The notes under the pieces are model-generated. The model was not told where the DNA came from. It saw only the letters and a program-made list of their open reading frames with translations, and ran no database searches. Below, piece after piece: positions 61,523-64,000 of a DNA stretch of 64,000 nt. Source of the stretch: an uncultured Methylomirabilota bacterium (lineage in GTDB: Bacteria; Methylomirabilota; Methylomirabilia; Methylomirabilales; 2-02-FULL-66-22); assembly GCA_963845565.1 (NCBI GenBank), contig CAWJSJ010000005.1:640001-704000 (forward strand), read 5' to 3'. The translations under genes were made by a program, and so were the position numbers. Each line of letters opens with the position of its first letter. Within the stretch, counting starts at the first letter, position 1.

Positions 61523-61993
61523 ATGTCGAAGGCGTGGATGATGGCGGTGATCGTTGGTCTCGGGCTGGTCATCGGCGGCGGGCCTGCCTGGGCCGAGGTG
61601 ATCGCCTACCCCAAGAAGGGGCAGAGCCAGGAGCAGTTCGAAAAGGACCAGTTCGACTGCCACAAGTGGGCCAAGGGCCAGACAGGTGTGGACCCGACCC
61701 AGCCGCAGCAAAGTGCGGCCGCCCCTCCCCCGCAGCAAGGGGGGGCCGTCCGTGGGGCGGCGCGCGGCGCCGCCGTGGGAGCCGTCGGGGGTGCCATCGC
61801 CGGGGATGCCGGCAAGGGCGCGGCGATCGGGGCCGGCGTGGGGGCTGTGGGGGGGCGCATGCGCCAGAACCAGCAGAATCAGCAGGCCGGCCAGGCCCAG
61901 CAGCAGGCCCAGGCGCAACAGCAGGCGGCCCGGGGCCAGTACGACAAGGCCTATGCCGTGTGCCTGGAGGGGAAAGGGTACGCGGTGAAGTAG
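61523..61993 (+). CDS. Glycine-zipper (YMGG-like) exported protein
   Basis: YPKKGQS.EQ..KDQFDC, GAARGAAVGAVGGAIAG, CLEGKGY. Confidence 0.9.
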   Translation: MSKAWMMAVIVGLGLVIGGGPAWAEVIAYPKKGQSQEQFEKDQFDCHKWAKGQTGVDPTQPQQSAAAPPPQQGGAVRGAARGAAVGAVGGAIAGDAGKGAAIGAGVGAVGGRMRQNQQNQQAGQAQQQAQAQQQAARGQYDKAYAVCLEGKGYAVK

Positions 61994-62050
61994 AAGGGGT
62001 GGACGAACAGCGTCGGGTTTCGGACCCGACAAAGGAAAAAGGAGGGACTC

Positions 62051-62317
62051 GTGAAGAACGCACTGTTGGTCGCATTGCTCGCGGTACTCGTGGTGGCCGG
62101 GGCGGCCTGTTCCGCCCGGACCCAGCTGGCCATGGAAGAAACCAAGAAGAACGGCGCGCACTTCGCGACGTGGAACCACATGGGCTACTCGGTGAACCGG
62201 GGTACGCCCGAGTCGACCACGAAGCGGGACGTCGAGGTGTCCAAGGCCGACCAGTGCCTGCCGTCGCAGACCTGCGCCTGGTGGGGTGAGCCGGTGCGGG
62301 TGCAGCCGATCCAGTAA
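62051..62317 (+). CDS. Small lipoprotein
   Basis: GGAGG RBS + GTG, AGAAC lipobox, HFATWNHMGYS, WWGEP. Confidence 0.75.
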   Translation: MKNALLVALLAVLVVAGAACSARTQLAMEETKKNGAHFATWNHMGYSVNRGTPESTTKRDVEVSKADQCLPSQTCAWWGEPVRVQPIQ

Positions 62318-62538
62318 CGGCTGAGCACGCACGTCCTCGCGGCGTTCTCTGGCTAGCCCGGCGGACCCGGTGTGATATGGGCACCGATAAGCCGTCGAGG
62401 TTTCGCCCTGAATGCCCGGATCGTTAACTCACGTTATTCGTGAACACGACTCGCGAATCCTGTTTCGCGTTTGGTCATTGCTCATTCGACCCATGACATT
62501 CACGAATCCTTCGTGAATTTTGTGGGTCAGGTCCGTTA

Positions 62539-62634
62539 GGAGCCGTTACGAAATAACCTATACATCTTCTATTTCGTTACGGCTCCTTATGCCGTTTCGG
62601 AATGTCTCCGCTCAACTAATTCTTTGACAATGGC
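62539..62634 (-). mobile_element. Composite MITE, copy 2 (inverted)
   Basis: Reverse complement of 24573-24671 with a 3-bp deletion and one substitution; TTA direct repeats at 62536-38 and 62635-37. Confidence 0.9.
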
Positions 62635-62651
62635 TTAGAAGGAGGAGTCTG

Positions 62652-63272
62652 ATGCGAAAACATTTGAACATGCCGCTGTTCTTCGCAGTGGCGATCCTGA
62701 TCGGGTCGTTCGTCCTCGCCGGCTGCCCAAAGCGGCCTGAAGTGATCGTGGCGCCCCCGGCCCCCGTGGGCCCCGCCGCGGCAGTTGCCCCGGCCCCGCC
62801 GCCTCCCGCTCCAGCCCCAGCCCCCGCGCCGGCGCCCGCGCCGGTGGTCGTGACGCCCGTCGCGCCCCCACCCCCCGCCCCGGTAGAGGCCCCGGTGACC
62901 CCGCCTCCACCGCCCCCCGCCGCCGTTCCCGCGCCGTCCCCCCTCAAGGACGTCTTCTTTAACTTCGACAAGTCCAACATCCGCGACGACCAGAAGGCCG
63001 CTCTCAATGACAACGTGGGCTGGCTGAAGGGCAATACGGGCGCCAAGCTCCTCATCGAGGGCCATACCGACGAGCGCGGCACCGCCGAGTACAACCTCGC
63101 CCTGGGCGAGCGCCGCGCCAAGGCGGTGAAGGATTACCTGGTGGGCGCCGGCATCGCCGCCGATCGGATCTCGACCATCTCCTACGGCAAGGAGCGCCCC
63201 TTCGTCCTCGGCCACGACGAGAGCGCCTGGAAGTGGAATCGTCGGGCGCACTTCGTGCTCCAGGGGCGGTGA
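62652..63272 (+). CDS. pal: Peptidoglycan-associated lipoprotein (OmpA-like domain) with Pro-rich linker
   Basis: LAGC lipobox, FNFDKS, IEGHTDERGTAEYNLALGERRA, SYGKERP, NRRA. Confidence 0.95.
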   Translation: MRKHLNMPLFFAVAILIGSFVLAGCPKRPEVIVAPPAPVGPAAAVAPAPPPPAPAPAPAPAPAPVVVTPVAPPPPAPVEAPVTPPPPPPAAVPAPSPLKDVFFNFDKSNIRDDQKAALNDNVGWLKGNTGAKLLIEGHTDERGTAEYNLALGERRAKAVKDYLVGAGIAADRISTISYGKERPFVLGHDESAWKWNRRAHFVLQGR

Positions 63273-63434
63273 GGAGCGTCGGGCCGACCGCTGACGGGTA
63301 AAGCGATCGCTCTGGTCCGCGGTCGCCACGTCGCCTAGCCCCGGAGGATTCGCGAAGGAACGCGTGAATTCTCCGGGGCAAATGGCCAATGACCAATTGC
63401 CAAATCCCAATGACGGGGACATAGGAGACGGAGG

Positions 63435-63656
63435 ATGATCGGTTCTCTGAGTCGAAACCTCGTGCTGTTTGCGGTGTGTTGCTTCCTCCTGCTCGGCGCC
63501 GCGGCCTGCGGCGGCGGCGGGGCCGAGGTGCGGAGCGAGGTCACGACGACCACCACCGGACAGCAACTCATGGACCTCAAGAAAGCGCTGGATTCCGGCG
63601 CCATGACCCAGCAGGAGTACGAGAAAGAGCGCAAGAAGGTCCTGGAGCGGCAATAA
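63435..63656 (+). CDS. SHOCT-domain lipoprotein
   Basis: AAAC lipobox; TGQQLMDLKKALDSGAMTQQEYEK. Confidence 0.88.
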   Translation: MIGSLSRNLVLFAVCCFLLLGAAACGGGGAEVRSEVTTTTTGQQLMDLKKALDSGAMTQQEYEKERKKVLERQ

Positions 63657-63718
63657 GCCGTTGTCAGGGAGCCGTAACGAAATTAACAAAATCAGACCAG
63701 TGATTTCGTCGAGGCTCC
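63657..63718 (+). mobile_element. Composite MITE, copy 3 (short variant)
   Basis: GCCGTTGTCA + GGAGCCGTAACGAAAT...ATTTCGTCGAGGCTCC, flanked by TAA at 63654-56 (stop codon) and 63719-21. Confidence 0.82.
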
Positions 63719-63773
63719 TAATCTGCGGGGTCCCGCTCTGATGGGAAGCACCTTCTCCCTCGTGCATTGCCGT

Positions 63774-64000
63774 ATGAGTCCGACGTCTTCCCCGGGCCGG
63801 TACCGGATGGCCCGGGGATGGATTGGTCTGTTCGCCATGGCGCTGACGTTCAGCGCGTGCGCCACGCCCATCAGTGTCATCCAGGTGGATTCCCAGACCG
63901 CTCAGCGGGCGCTGACGCGGAACGTGCTCTCCGCCGGCGAACCGAGCCCATTCTCGCAGATCGTCCTCAACCGGGCCAATTTGTACGAGCAATTCGCCGA
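63774..64000 (+). CDS. Lipoprotein, N-terminal part (possibly alpha/beta hydrolase), truncated by window end
   Basis: FSAC-ATPI lipobox, LTRNVLSAGEPS; open to the end. Confidence 0.65.
   Translation, partial: MSPTSSPGRYRMARGWIGLFAMALTFSACATPISVIQVDSQTAQRALTRNVLSAGEPSPFSQIVLNRANLYEQFA

Noticed and set aside
62624..62629. MITE-supplied TTGACA -35 box for pal
   Set aside because: Too close to the start codon; the -10 position would fall between the RBS and the ATG and has no match

Overview
GC-rich, almost entirely plus-strand bacterial window with pervasive single-base indels that split many genes, most simply read as uncorrected long-read errors. It begins with uppP and a methylmalonyl-CoA epimerase, followed by two tandem FhlA-like sigma-54 activators. 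The rest is a roughly 57-kb envelope/periplasmic island. The island holds five Cys-type sulfatases, two HAD hydrolases (one fused to a 2H phosphoesterase), an MltF-like transglycosylase, two MscS channels, a TatT-TRAP transporter and a cytochrome b / Rieske / multiheme TPR-cytochrome c module. It also holds duplicated DUF2092 + heptad-repeat gene pairs, two outer-membrane barrels, a trypsin-like protease, pal and several small lipoproteins. Two complete sigma-54 promoter architectures (tandem palindromic enhancers plus -24/-12) each precede an ABM-family gene. The most striking structure is non-coding. (1) A family of intergenic hairpins has arms made of inverted degenerate 7-bp tandem arrays; one copy carries a four-helix-bundle (Avd/IVP-like) gene and another is visibly its internal-deletion derivative. 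(2) An analogous 8-bp-array family exists, and one arm pair encloses a nucleotidyltransferase toxin-antitoxin-like cassette. (3) A TAA-targeting composite MITE occurs in three copies, one interrupting an antitoxin. (4) Several defence/toxin genes are collapsed to their termini. No rRNA, tRNA, CRISPR array or intact transposase/integrase was seen. All family assignments come from motif recognition, not database searches.
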